Shown here one piece after another: positions 27,050 to 37,188 of a stretch of DNA of 47,223 nucleotides (position 1 is the first letter of the stretch; each line of letters begins with the position of its first letter). Origin of the DNA: Acidimicrobiia bacterium. Lineage in GTDB: Bacteria > Actinomycetota > Acidimicrobiia > Acidimicrobiales > JANYDT01. A program made the position numbers and the translations under genes. The notes beneath the pieces are model-generated. The model saw nothing but the letters and a program-made list of their open reading frames with translations. It was not told the DNA's origin and did no database searches. The stretch spans positions 1-47,223 of the forward strand of contig JAYVSS010000019.1 of NCBI GenBank assembly GCA_043775075.1. Reading direction: 5' to 3'.

Positions 27050-28294
27050 TTGGCAGCTACCGCCAGCCCGGCACGCACCGGGTTTTCCAACACTGACGAA
27101 GGTTCTTCGGACACGAGCGCGGCAACCATCGCCCCCCTGTTGACCGAGAAACTGGAGCGGTTCCTGGCGTGCAATGCCATCGACCCCACGGGCATTCCCA
27201 CCCCGTACCTGGTTGTCGATACCGACATCGTGGCTGAGCGCTACGACGCCCTATACGCCGCTCTTCCCGTCGCCGACATTTTTTACGCCGTCAAGGCGAA
27301 TCCGGCGCCGGAACTCCTTCGTCTTGTTTTGGAACGTGGCGGTTGCTTCGATGTGGCTTCCCCCAACGAGATCGCCGCCTGTTTCGCCATCGGCGCCCGG
27401 GCCAGCCAGATCTCCTTCGGCAACACCATCAAAAAGCGCACTGATATTCAGCGCGCATACGATCAGGGTGTTCGCCTGTTCGCGTTTGATTCAGAGCAGG
27501 AATTGGACAAGCTCACCGACGTTGCCCCCGGCGCCACCGTCTTCTGTCGGGTGCTGTGCGACGGTTCGGGTGCGGACTGGCCGCTCTCGCGCAAGTTCGG
27601 ATGCGAGCCTTCCGAGGCCGAGCGCCTCCTGCTCCTCGCCGCCTCCCGGGGCTTCTCCGTCGGTGCTTCGTTCCACGTCGGCTCGCAGCAACGTGATGTG
27701 AACGCATGGGATGGGGCTCTGGAAATCGTCGGTGAACTCGCTCGCGCCTTGGCTCGCGCTGGCTCTCGCCTGGATCTCGTGAACATCGGCGGAGGATTCC
27801 CCGGCCGTTACCAAGACGCCATGCCACCCATCACCGCCTACGGCAACGCCATCACCGACGCCCTCCACCGCCACCTTGGCCCCACCCATGGCGATGCCAT
27901 GCCCCGTGTCCTCGCCGAGCCCGGCCGTTACCTCGTCGCCGATGCTGGCGTGCTCGAGACCGAAGTCGTCCTCGTGGCCCGTAAGCATGAGTTCGACTCC
28001 AAGCGTTGGGTCTATCTGGACTGTGGCAAATTCGGTGGCCTCGCCGAAACCATGGAAGAAGCCATCCGGTACCGCCTACGCACCAAGCACGACGGCACCG
28101 CCACGGGCCCCGTCGTGATCGCCGGCCCCACCTGCGATTCCGCCGACGTCCTCTACGAGAAATCCGACTACGAACTCCCCCTCGCCCTCGACGAGGGCGA
28201 CCGCGTCGTCTTCCTGTCCACCGGCGCGTACACCACCACCTACGCCGCCGTCGGCTTCAACGGCTTCGAACCCCTCCGTAGCATCTGCATCTAG
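27050..28294 (+). CDS. PLP-dependent group IV decarboxylase (ornithine/lysine decarboxylase-like, Orn/DAP/Arg decarboxylase family 2)
   Basis: PYLVVDTDIV...FYAVKANPAPELLRLV (the PLP lysine)...SRKFG...HVGSQ...GGGFPG...EPGRYLV...GPTCDSAD. TTG start with AGGAGG 7 nt upstream. Confidence 0.85.
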   Translation: MAATASPARTGFSNTDEGSSDTSAATIAPLLTEKLERFLACNAIDPTGIPTPYLVVDTDIVAERYDALYAALPVADIFYAVKANPAPELLRLVLERGGCFDVASPNEIAACFAIGARASQISFGNTIKKRTDIQRAYDQGVRLFAFDSEQELDKLTDVAPGATVFCRVLCDGSGADWPLSRKFGCEPSEAERLLLLAASRGFSVGASFHVGSQQRDVNAWDGALEIVGELARALARAGSRLDLVNIGGGFPGRYQDAMPPITAYGNAITDALHRHLGPTHGDAMPRVLAEPGRYLVADAGVLETEVVLVARKHEFDSKRWVYLDCGKFGGLAETMEEAIRYRLRTKHDGTATGPVVIAGPTCDSADVLYEKSDYELPLALDEGDRVVFLSTGAYTTTYAAVGFNGFEPLRSICI

Positions 28295-28352
28295 CAACGG
28301 CTAGCCGCCAGTCGAGGGACCGACGAGACGGGCGACGCGCCGGGCTCAGCCT

Positions 28353-30185
<1,833 letters not shown>

Positions 30186-30221
30186 CTAGAGGAGAAGAAG
30201 AAGTCCGTGGGAGAACGTCAT
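30186..30221 (-). CDS. leuA leader peptide MTFSHGLLLLL (five consecutive Leu codons)
   Basis: atg acg ttc tcc cac gga ctt ctt ctt ctc ctc tag on the minus strand. The stop abuts a GGCGAGC...GCTCGCC hairpin, and the terminator above follows. No SD is visible. A possible TTGACG-17-CAACCT promoter just upstream would make the transcript near-leaderless. Confidence 0.6.
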   Translation of the reverse strand: MTFSHGLLLLL

Positions 30222-30282
30222 TGCACTAGAGGTTGCCAGACGAATCGACGTTCGTCAACCACTGACGCTCACTCACTGGGAC

Positions 30283-30801
30283 TCACGCCACAAGGAGCTT
30301 GCGCCAGCCGTCGATGTGTTGGAGCTGACGGACTTCCGCTGGAGAAAGGCGCAGCGTGGATTCGGGCACCATGTCGGCAATTTGGCGCTGCACTTCGTAG
30401 TGATGCCCGGCCGCTTCGAACAATGACGTGCGCATAGCAATCAGATCCGTCTGGGCAGGATCATCGCCCAAGAAACCAAAAACACTGAACGCCACGTCGA
30501 GGTCGTGAACAACCGGCGCACGTCCGAGGAGCGACGCTCGCTTCATCGCCACACCGAGGCAGCCGACCATCACATCGTGCTCGTGCTCGCCCTCGGCCAG
30601 ACGGAGTTTGCCATGGAACATGTTGGCCAACTTGATGGCGTATCCCTGATCTGGTCCGGGGCTCCCGAGCTTGCGCCCCGACGGCTGCCGGCCTCGCACT
30701 TCCGCCGGACGGTTCGTTGTCCACTCAAGCGCCGGAGGCAGATGCTCGCCATCGCGAAATCCACCAACAGGAACGACCGGGACAAAACGAGGGGCAGACA
30801 T
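30283..30801 (-). CDS. conserved hypothetical protein (172 aa)
   Basis: Non-repetitive ORF with normal composition: ...GPDQGYAIKLANMFHGKLRLAEGEHEHDVMVGCLGVAMKRASLLGRAPVVHDLDVAF... No family recognised by eye. Confidence 0.6.
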   Translation of the reverse strand: MSAPRFVPVVPVGGFRDGEHLPPALEWTTNRPAEVRGRQPSGRKLGSPGPDQGYAIKLANMFHGKLRLAEGEHEHDVMVGCLGVAMKRASLLGRAPVVHDLDVAFSVFGFLGDDPAQTDLIAMRTSLFEAAGHHYEVQRQIADMVPESTLRLSPAEVRQLQHIDGWRKLLVA

Positions 30802-30816
30802 GAGAAATTCAGTCTT

Positions 30817-32172
30817 TCATGGCCGACGCTTCACCGGCAGCAACACCCGGACGCGCAACGTCGCCTTGCGACAGGATCGGTATCGCTTTGCGGTGCGCTC
30901 TGAGACGACCGTGCGGCACCGCGTCCGCGTCACGAGTTTCGTGACAAAACGAGCGACGGACCGAACCGGCGACGCCGACCGGGCCACGACAACCGGCGTT
31001 GGGGCGAGTGCCGGTCCAGCCGGGAGCGCTGTTGTCGGTGACGTCCGCAGGGCGGACACCTTCGTGGTGGGCGGCAGCAGTCTCGATGTGGCCGGAGCAT
31101 TGGTGGCCTGAGCACCCGTGGCGGGTACTGCGGTCGTCGTGGAGGATGTGGTCGTAGCAACCGCGCCGGTTTCGCCCGGAGGAACCACGGCCACGGCGCC
31201 GGTCGATCCCCCGCCCGCTCCTGCGGCCGGGGGCACCGTCGTGGTGGTGGTGGTGGAGGTGGTGGTGGACGCGCTCACAGCGACGGTGGTCGTGGTCGTG
31301 GTGGTCGTGACCGCCCCACCCGTCCCGGTAGCGCGGGCATTCATTAGGTCGAGTTCGGCATCAGGAGGAACGTTGCTGTACGGATGGTCGGCATTGTCGG
31401 AGAGGACCGTTACGACCCCGGCGTAGTCGGCTAGTTCGTTCATGAGCGCCGCCATGTCGCCGAGCGGGACCCCGTAGACAATCGACCAGACCTGGGTATT
31501 GGGCAGCGCCCGCATCCAGTCAAAGTCAGTGCGGGCGAAGTACGGAAGGAACGCCGAGCGGTAAAACCCGAGCCGATTTTCGAAGACGAGGTAGATATCG
31601 GCCGATCCGGCGAACGACGCGCACAACGCCGTTCCCGGATTCAGGATCAACGATTTCCCGGCGTACGCCGACTTAAACCATTGGTAAAAGGAAACGTAGA
31701 ACGTCGAAGGTGCAGCGCAGCCCGAGGCGTCGTTATTCAGGACTTCATCGAGGAATAGTCCGTCGATCGTGGGGTAGGCGGCGAGGATTGCCCCGGCCGT
31801 TGCTTGCAACTGGGCCAATGATTTGGCCGAAATCCCGTTCGCTCCGCTCGGTGCGTACCCGGCGGCCATGTAACCAAAGACCCGTTTCCCTGCGCCCTTG
31901 TACTCGGCGACCGCAGTCTGCGAACCGGCTGCCTGCAACGAATTCATGACGACGACGCCAAGCCCCGGGCGAGACGTAATTGCCGCTCGATTCAGTGCGG
32001 TGTCAGGGAAGTAAGCGGCGATCCCCGCCGTGACGGGATCAGTTGCTCCCGCCACTACTCGTCGTGCCAGCCCGCCACCCTCGACGATGAGGGCTAAGCA
32101 AAGCAAAACGGCCGCCATTAGAAGGCGACGAGAGTTGCGAGAAAATCGTCCGACTGAAGCGATTCCATCCAT
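30817..32172 (-). CDS. spherulation-specific family 4 (spherulin-4-like) protein with Thr-rich linker and very basic C-terminal tail
   Basis: N-terminal signal/anchor (RRLLMAAVLLCLALIV). The domain pattern is AAYFP...GVVVMN...KRVFGYMAAGYA...IDGLFLDEV...LILNPGT...LVFEN. Then come TTTTTTTTVAVSASTTTSTTTTTT and a Pro/Thr/Ala-rich stretch. The tail is ...RFVTKLVTRTRCRTVVSERTAKRYRSCRKATLRVRVLLPVKRRP. Confidence 0.65.
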   Translation of the reverse strand: MDGIASVGRFSRNSRRLLMAAVLLCLALIVEGGGLARRVVAGATDPVTAGIAAYFPDTALNRAAITSRPGLGVVVMNSLQAAGSQTAVAEYKGAGKRVFGYMAAGYAPSGANGISAKSLAQLQATAGAILAAYPTIDGLFLDEVLNNDASGCAAPSTFYVSFYQWFKSAYAGKSLILNPGTALCASFAGSADIYLVFENRLGFYRSAFLPYFARTDFDWMRALPNTQVWSIVYGVPLGDMAALMNELADYAGVVTVLSDNADHPYSNVPPDAELDLMNARATGTGGAVTTTTTTTTVAVSASTTTSTTTTTTVPPAAGAGGGSTGAVAVVPPGETGAVATTTSSTTTAVPATGAQATNAPATSRLLPPTTKVSALRTSPTTALPAGPALAPTPVVVARSASPVRSVARFVTKLVTRTRCRTVVSERTAKRYRSCRKATLRVRVLLPVKRRP

Positions 32173-32219
32173 GAAACACGAACGTTATTCGCTCATCCGC
32201 CCCACCGCCGAAGCGGTGT

Positions 32220-32522
32220 TCAGTCGTCGGCGAACGTCAGAGGCGAGGCGGGCCCGCTGCCCCAGCCAACGCAGGCAATGAGCGCCGAGATCACGACGAT
32301 CATGGCCGGAGCCGAGGGAGCGGCGATGAGCCAACCGAGGGCGATAATGAGCACGAGTCCGAGGGCGATATGCGCCGTGGACGGCCGGCCGACCCCACCT
32401 CGTGCTGCGTCAACAGAGTCATGGTCCGAGTCCGACGACGGTTGCCTGCGGGCGGCGGCAGCGAGTTGAGACGCCCGCTCGGCGGCGGGCACTGCTCCAC
32501 GGGAACCCACGATCTGCATCAC
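32220..32522 (-). CDS. hypothetical small membrane protein (100 aa, two TM helices)
   Basis: AHIALGLVLIIALGWLIAA and AMIVVISALIACVGWG. The gene lies between the Rrf2 regulator and the spherulin-4-like gene on the same strand. Confidence 0.4.
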   Translation of the reverse strand: MMQIVGSRGAVPAAERASQLAAAARRQPSSDSDHDSVDAARGGVGRPSTAHIALGLVLIIALGWLIAAPSAPAMIVVISALIACVGWGSGPASPLTFADD

Positions 32523-32580
32523 CTCACCTTAATGCCGACAATTCCTATCGGCAAGGGGTAATTAGAATTTTGTGCGTCGC

Positions 32581-33021
32581 CTAAACGTCGGCAGCGAGTT
32601 TGGCGATCGGGGCTGGAAGCCGGTCATCGGCCAAATGAGCGAGGGTCACGCTGGCAAAAACCCGCAGGATCGAGTGCTGCGCCCCGGCCCACAGTTGACG
32701 CACTGCGTCGTGGCCGGGGGGATAGCTCAATGCGGCCGGTGACTCACCTCGGACCAGCCCAATAGGACCCTCCACGGCCGTAATAATCTCGGCAATCGTG
32801 ATCCGATCAGCCGCTCGCGCCAACCGGCAACCGCCTTGCGCCCCGCGCTGGGTCTGGACGATCCCGGCATGTCGGAGGTCGGTGAGGATCGCCTCGAGGA
32901 ACTTGGCGGGGAGGTCGGCTTCCATGGCCACCCGTTCCGCCGACATCGCTCGGTGGGCGGGAAGGCGGGCCAATTCAACGGCGGCCCGCACGGCGTACTC
33001 AGCTCTAGCACTAACCTGCAC
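32581..33021 (-). CDS. Rrf2 family transcriptional regulator (CymR/IscR-like, no Cys triad visible)
   Basis: MQVSARAEYAVRAAVELA...LPAKFLEAILTDLRHAGIVQTQRGAQGGCRLAR. It is divergent from the sulfite reductase gene. Confidence 0.9.
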   Translation of the reverse strand: MQVSARAEYAVRAAVELARLPAHRAMSAERVAMEADLPAKFLEAILTDLRHAGIVQTQRGAQGGCRLARAADRITIAEIITAVEGPIGLVRGESPAALSYPPGHDAVRQLWAGAQHSILRVFASVTLAHLADDRLPAPIAKLAADV

Positions 33022-33122
33022 GGGACCAGTCTCCCAGGGCGCGAGATTGTGAACCGTGCGCTTGAGGGGGTTTTTCCCAGACCATCGCGGGTACCAATCA
33101 TCGGCGAGTTAGGGACCGCCAA

Positions 33123-33157
33123 CCCCGATTCCCGATAGACATAGTCGGGTTTCGGGG
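33123..33157. promoter_or_regulatory. 35-bp imperfect palindrome immediately upstream of the sulfite reductase start
   Basis: CCCCGATTCCCGA (33123-33135), TAGACATAG, TCGGGTTTCGGGG (33145-33157). 12 of 13 arm positions are complementary. It ends 9 nt before the ATG at 33167 and abuts the putative SD. Confidence 0.5.
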
Positions 33158-33166
33158 GTAGGATCT

Positions 33167-35014
33167 ATGGCCGTGTCTGCCGTCCCGTCCACCGCTGAAA
33201 GAACCACGCTCGCCGACAGCGCAATTGGCGTCGGCACCCCCGTCGAGGCGACGAAGGCCGAGAGCGACCACCTTCGCGGTGCCCTCGTGGCAGAGCTGCA
33301 CGACGCAGCCGCTCCATTCACCACCGATTCCACCCATCTTCTTAAGTTCCACGGGCTCTATCAGCAAGACGATCGGGATCGACGAAAGGCATTGGCGGCC
33401 AAGCGTGAGCAGCTGGCGTACTCGTGCATGGTTCGCGTGGCGGTTCCCGGCGGCGTGTTGTCGCCATCGCAATGGGCTGCCCTCGACCGGGTCAGCGATG
33501 AGGTGGCCGACGGCGCTCTGCGCCTGACCACCCGTCAGGGCGTGCAATTTCATACGGTTCCGAAAACCAGCCTGCGTCAGCTCATGCAGAGCGTGCACGC
33601 CGAATTACTGACCACGCTGGCGGCATGCGGCGACGTGGTCCGCAACGTCTGTTCCTGCCCCGCCCCGCTGACGGGCCGCGATCCCGCCCTGCTCACCGAC
33701 GCCGCCACCGCGCTGGCCGACCACTTCCGGCCGCGCACGAGTGCGTATGTGGAAATCTGGCTTGAGGGCGAGCAAGCGGTGACATTCGAAGAAGCGGTAT
33801 CGTCTCAGCTGGCGGCAATTCCTGACCCGGTGTCGCCGCTGGGGGGCGACGACACCAGGTTGGAACCGATTTATGGGGACAGCTACCTGCCCCGGAAATT
33901 CAAGATTTCTGTCGCCCATCCGGGGGACAACTGTGTCGATGTCCTCTCGCAGGACGTCGGCCTCGTTCCCGTGACCGTTCACGGGATGAACGGCTACGCG
34001 GTGTTCGTCGGGGGCGGACAGGGTCAATCCCACGCTCGCCCTGACGACACATTCCCCCGCCTGGCGACCCCTCTCGGCTGGACTCCCACGGCGGATGTGG
34101 CCCGCACGATCGAGGCCGTCGTCACCGTGTTTCGGGACTACGGCAACCGCGGCGATCGTGGCCGGGCGCGGCTCAAGTATTTGCTCGCCGACCGGGGCGA
34201 GGCCTGGTTTCGGGCGCAGGTGGAGGAGCGCCTCGGTGCTCCACTGGCCGACGTCCCGGCGTTGCCCGCCTGGGACCTCATTCATGATCACCTCGGCTGG
34301 CACGAATCGGCCGACGGGACATGGTTTCTCGGTGTGCGGGTTCCGGCGGGCCGGGTGCGCGACACCGAAGCAGTCAAGATGCGGACCGCACTGCGCGAGG
34401 TTGTCGCCCAACACGTCGGCGAGGTTCGGATCACTCCGAACCAAGACGTATTGCTCTGCGGTGTGGCATACAACGATCGTGCCGCGGTCGACGATATTTT
34501 GCGCGCATACGGTGTGCGGCTCAGTGTCGATCTTGGGCCGGTCGAACGCTTGGCCATCGCCTGCCCGGCCTTGCCCACCTGCGGTCAGGCCCTGGGTGAG
34601 GCCGAGCGGATCCTTCCGGCGATTGTCGACGAACTTGAAGCCTTGCTAAGCGCACAAAGCATTACCCGCAACGTACGTATGCATATGACTGGGTGTCCGA
34701 ACGGCTGCGCTCGGCCATACACGGCGGAGCTGGGAATCGTTGGCCGTACCAAGAAAACAAGCGACATCTACCTCGGCGGCTCGCCCGGAGGGGACCGCCT
34801 GGCGCTCAAGTTGGCGACCGACGTTGACCTTCGTGATCTGTCGATCACGCTCGCTCCGATCATCGCCGAATATGGCGCGGCAACGTCGGGTGGCGTGGAC
34901 GAGGCGCTCGGCGATTGGGCCGCTCGGGTTGGTATAGAGAAGCTGGCAGAGCTACTTCCCGTTCCGACCGTGAGGCGCCGCTCCGCTATGGCCGCGGCAA
35001 CGGACGACGAATGA
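33167..35014 (+). CDS. cysI: assimilatory sulfite reductase hemoprotein (CysI/Sir, nitrite/sulfite reductase family)
   Basis: LLKFHGLYQQDDRD, LRLTTRQGVQFH, CGDVVRNV and the siroheme/4Fe-4S Cys cluster ACPALPTCGQA...TGCPNGCARP. Confidence 0.9.
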   Translation: MAVSAVPSTAERTTLADSAIGVGTPVEATKAESDHLRGALVAELHDAAAPFTTDSTHLLKFHGLYQQDDRDRRKALAAKREQLAYSCMVRVAVPGGVLSPSQWAALDRVSDEVADGALRLTTRQGVQFHTVPKTSLRQLMQSVHAELLTTLAACGDVVRNVCSCPAPLTGRDPALLTDAATALADHFRPRTSAYVEIWLEGEQAVTFEEAVSSQLAAIPDPVSPLGGDDTRLEPIYGDSYLPRKFKISVAHPGDNCVDVLSQDVGLVPVTVHGMNGYAVFVGGGQGQSHARPDDTFPRLATPLGWTPTADVARTIEAVVTVFRDYGNRGDRGRARLKYLLADRGEAWFRAQVEERLGAPLADVPALPAWDLIHDHLGWHESADGTWFLGVRVPAGRVRDTEAVKMRTALREVVAQHVGEVRITPNQDVLLCGVAYNDRAAVDDILRAYGVRLSVDLGPVERLAIACPALPTCGQALGEAERILPAIVDELEALLSAQSITRNVRMHMTGCPNGCARPYTAELGIVGRTKKTSDIYLGGSPGGDRLALKLATDVDLRDLSITLAPIIAEYGAATSGGVDEALGDWAARVGIEKLAELLPVPTVRRRSAMAAATDDE

Positions 35015-35664
35015 CCGTCCACCTCGTTGGTGCAGGTCCGGGCGATCCCGAGCTGCTCACGGTCAAGGCGCTGCGCCTTATTCAGAGCGCTGAGGTCATC
35101 GTCTACGACCGATTGGCCGACGAGTCAATCGTCGCTCTCGCCTCACCCCACGCCGAGCTCATCAATGTCGGCAAGGCGCCCGGCCACACCACGCCGCAGG
35201 ACATGATCAGCGCGCTTCTCGTTCACCTCGGACGTGAGGGACGCGAGGTCGTGCGCCTCAAGGGCGGTGACCCGTTCGTGTTTGGACGCGGCGGCGAAGA
35301 AGCCCTTGCGCTGGCCGAGGAGGGCGTTCCGTTCACCGTGGTCCCCGGCATCTCATCATCGATTGCCGGACCGGCCGCCGCTGGCATCCCCGTGACGCAC
35401 CGAACGGTGGCCCGGACCGTCATATTACTTACCGAAGGCGTACGACCCGATTTGCCCGTCGCCATCATCGAGCGGGCCACCCGGTCCGATGAGCGCATCG
35501 TCCGCACCACGCTCGACGAGCTGCCGGAAGCCGACGTCTCGAACCCGGCCACCATCGTGATCGGTGAGGTCGTCGCCATCGGCGATGAACTACGCCCCGC
35601 ATTGTTGCATCAGGGAGACGATGTGGTCGCCGATCGCCGCCGTTGGCCCGCCAGGCATCATTGA
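35011..35664 (+). CDS. cobA: uroporphyrinogen-III C-methyltransferase (SUMT) with apparent internal deletion
   Basis: [21 protein letters not shown]...[15 protein letters not shown]...[24 protein letters not shown] at 35011 overlaps the cysI stop as ATGA. The region between THR and the PVA motif is only about 17 aa (see finding). Confidence 0.75.
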   Translation: MTVHLVGAGPGDPELLTVKALRLIQSAEVIVYDRLADESIVALASPHAELINVGKAPGHTTPQDMISALLVHLGREGREVVRLKGGDPFVFGRGGEEALALAEEGVPFTVVPGISSSIAGPAAAGIPVTHRTVARTVILLTEGVRPDLPVAIIERATRSDERIVRTTLDELPEADVSNPATIVIGEVVAIGDELRPALLHQGDDVVADRRRWPARHH

Positions 35665-36639
35665 CGATGGGGCCAGGGTGGCGTCCACCGCAGCACGAAT
35701 ACGTTGGGCGGCGCTGGCATCTCCGAGGAAGTCAAGGAGGAGACTGGCGCTAATAATCGCGGCGCGCGGATCGGCCTTTCCGGTGCCAACGATGTCCGGC
35801 GCCGAGCCGTGGACGGGTTCAAACATCGACGGTCCCGTCCGCGTCGGATTGAGGTTCGCGCTCGACGCCAAACCAACGCCGCCAGAGACCGCACCGGCGA
35901 GATCGGTGATGATGTCACCGAAGAGATTGTCCGTAACGATCACGTCGTAGCGCTGTGGCGATTCGACGAAGTAGATACATGCGGCGTCGATGTGGTTGTA
36001 CGCGGTGGTCACTTCGGTGTACTCGGCGGCTACCTCGTTGAACGTTCGCTGCCACAGGTCCCCCGAGAACTGCAACACGTTGGTCTTATGCACGAGCGTC
36101 AGATGTTTCTGGTGACGCTTATTGGCCAACTCGAAGGCGTAGCGAACCACCCGTTCCACCCCCATGCGGGTGTTGACGCTGCCCTGCGTCGCCACTTCAT
36201 GCGGTGTGCCTTTGCGCAGAAATCCGCCCTCACCGACGTAGGTACCTTCGGTGTTTTCGCGGATGACCACGCAATCAATGTTGTTCTTCGGGAAGAAAAA
36301 CGGCCGTTGATTCACGAAGAGATCAAGCTCGAATCGCATCTTCAGAAGTAGCCCTCGCTCGAGAATGCCGGGGGCGACTTCGGGCGTGCCGATGGCGCCG
36401 AGAAGAATGGCGTCGAAACCTCGCAACTCGTCGAGCACGGAATCCGGAAGAATTTCACCCGTGCGCTGGTACCTTCGGCCACCGAGGTCATAGTCAACCG
36501 TGTCGAGCGGCACACCGCTCGCAGCAATCACTTTCAGCGCCTCGGCGGTGACCTCCGGGCCGATACCGTCACCCCCGAGAACGGCGACTCGATGGGCTTT
36601 CAATGCGGACGGCGATGGCGTACTCACGGACCAACACAT
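35590..36639 (-). CDS. leuB: 3-isopropylmalate dehydrogenase
   Basis: Trimmed from the track ORF. ...[15 protein letters not shown]...LLGAIG...[12 protein letters not shown]...[25 protein letters not shown]...[11 protein letters not shown]. Start is ATG at 36639; TTG at 36603 ([13 protein letters not shown]) would match homologues better. Confidence 0.9.
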   Translation of the reverse strand: MCWSVSTPSPSALKAHRVAVLGGDGIGPEVTAEALKVIAASGVPLDTVDYDLGGRRYQRTGEILPDSVLDELRGFDAILLGAIGTPEVAPGILERGLLLKMRFELDLFVNQRPFFFPKNNIDCVVIRENTEGTYVGEGGFLRKGTPHEVATQGSVNTRMGVERVVRYAFELANKRHQKHLTLVHKTNVLQFSGDLWQRTFNEVAAEYTEVTTAYNHIDAACIYFVESPQRYDVIVTDNLFGDIITDLAGAVSGGVGLASSANLNPTRTGPSMFEPVHGSAPDIVGTGKADPRAAIISASLLLDFLGDASAAQRIRAAVDATLAPSSMMPGGPTAAIGDHIVSLMQQCGA

Positions 36640-36673
36640 TAGGGGCCGACCGGCACCCGGTAGCGTGTGCGCC

Positions 36674-37141
36674 GTGAGTACCAAGTTGTCCCAAGAGGCC
36701 CATGATCGCCTCCGTGCCGAGTTCGATGATCTATCGACGCGTGGCAAGATCGAGATTGCCCGTCGTATCGAAGCTGCTCGGGAACTCGGCGACCTCAAGG
36801 AAAACGGCGAGTATCACGCGGCGAAAGAGGAGCAGGGGAAAATGGATGGTCGGATGAAGCAGATCCTCGCCATCCTTGACTCGTCTGAAATCGTGGGGTC
36901 CATCGACGCCACGTCGGTGATGACCGGTGTCGTTGTTGAGATTCGCTACGAAGGCGATGGGGACGATGAGACCGTGAAGTATCTGTACGGTTCGCTTGAG
37001 GAACGGCGTGATGGCTTCGACGTCATGTCGCCGTCCTCACCGCTCGGGACAGCCCTGCTCGGTCGCAAACCGGGCGAGATCGTGGAGTACGAAGCGCCTC
37101 GCGGCAAGCTGCGCGTCAAAATCATTTCTATCAGCGCATAG
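36674..37141 (+). CDS. greA: transcription elongation factor GreA
   Basis: [55 protein letters not shown]...; 155 aa from GTG at 36674 (GTG at 36665 is an alternative). Confidence 0.9.
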   Translation: MSTKLSQEAHDRLRAEFDDLSTRGKIEIARRIEAARELGDLKENGEYHAAKEEQGKMDGRMKQILAILDSSEIVGSIDATSVMTGVVVEIRYEGDGDDETVKYLYGSLEERRDGFDVMSPSSPLGTALLGRKPGEIVEYEAPRGKLRVKIISISA

Positions 37142-37188
37142 CTTTATCGGCGTCTAGTCGTTTCCCGTTTGCGCAGCGAGTAGTAAGC

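Noticed and set aside
31190-31330. Highly repetitive ACC/ACG/GTG tract that looks like a repeat array
   Set aside because: It is the in-frame poly-Thr linker of the spherulin-4-like protein, a coding low-complexity region. There is no spacer-repeat periodicity, so it is not a CRISPR array or a satellite.
33605-34444. 279-aa minus-strand ORF; similar long ORFs at 37144..38133 (-), 41921..42646 (-), 17996..18910 (+) and 43056..43784 (-)
   Set aside because: All lie antisense to, or out of frame with, genes that have strong family motifs (cysI, the PhyH-like gene, leuC, fumarase/MFS, leuD). All have Arg/Gly/Pro-biased composition characteristic of GC-rich non-coding frames.
35282-35290. A further TTGGACGCG 9-mer, matching the boxes that flank the DUF559 ORF
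   Set aside because: It lies inside cobA, where it encodes part of the conserved FVFGRGGEE block. None of the partner boxes or the spacing are present, so I treat it as coincidence.
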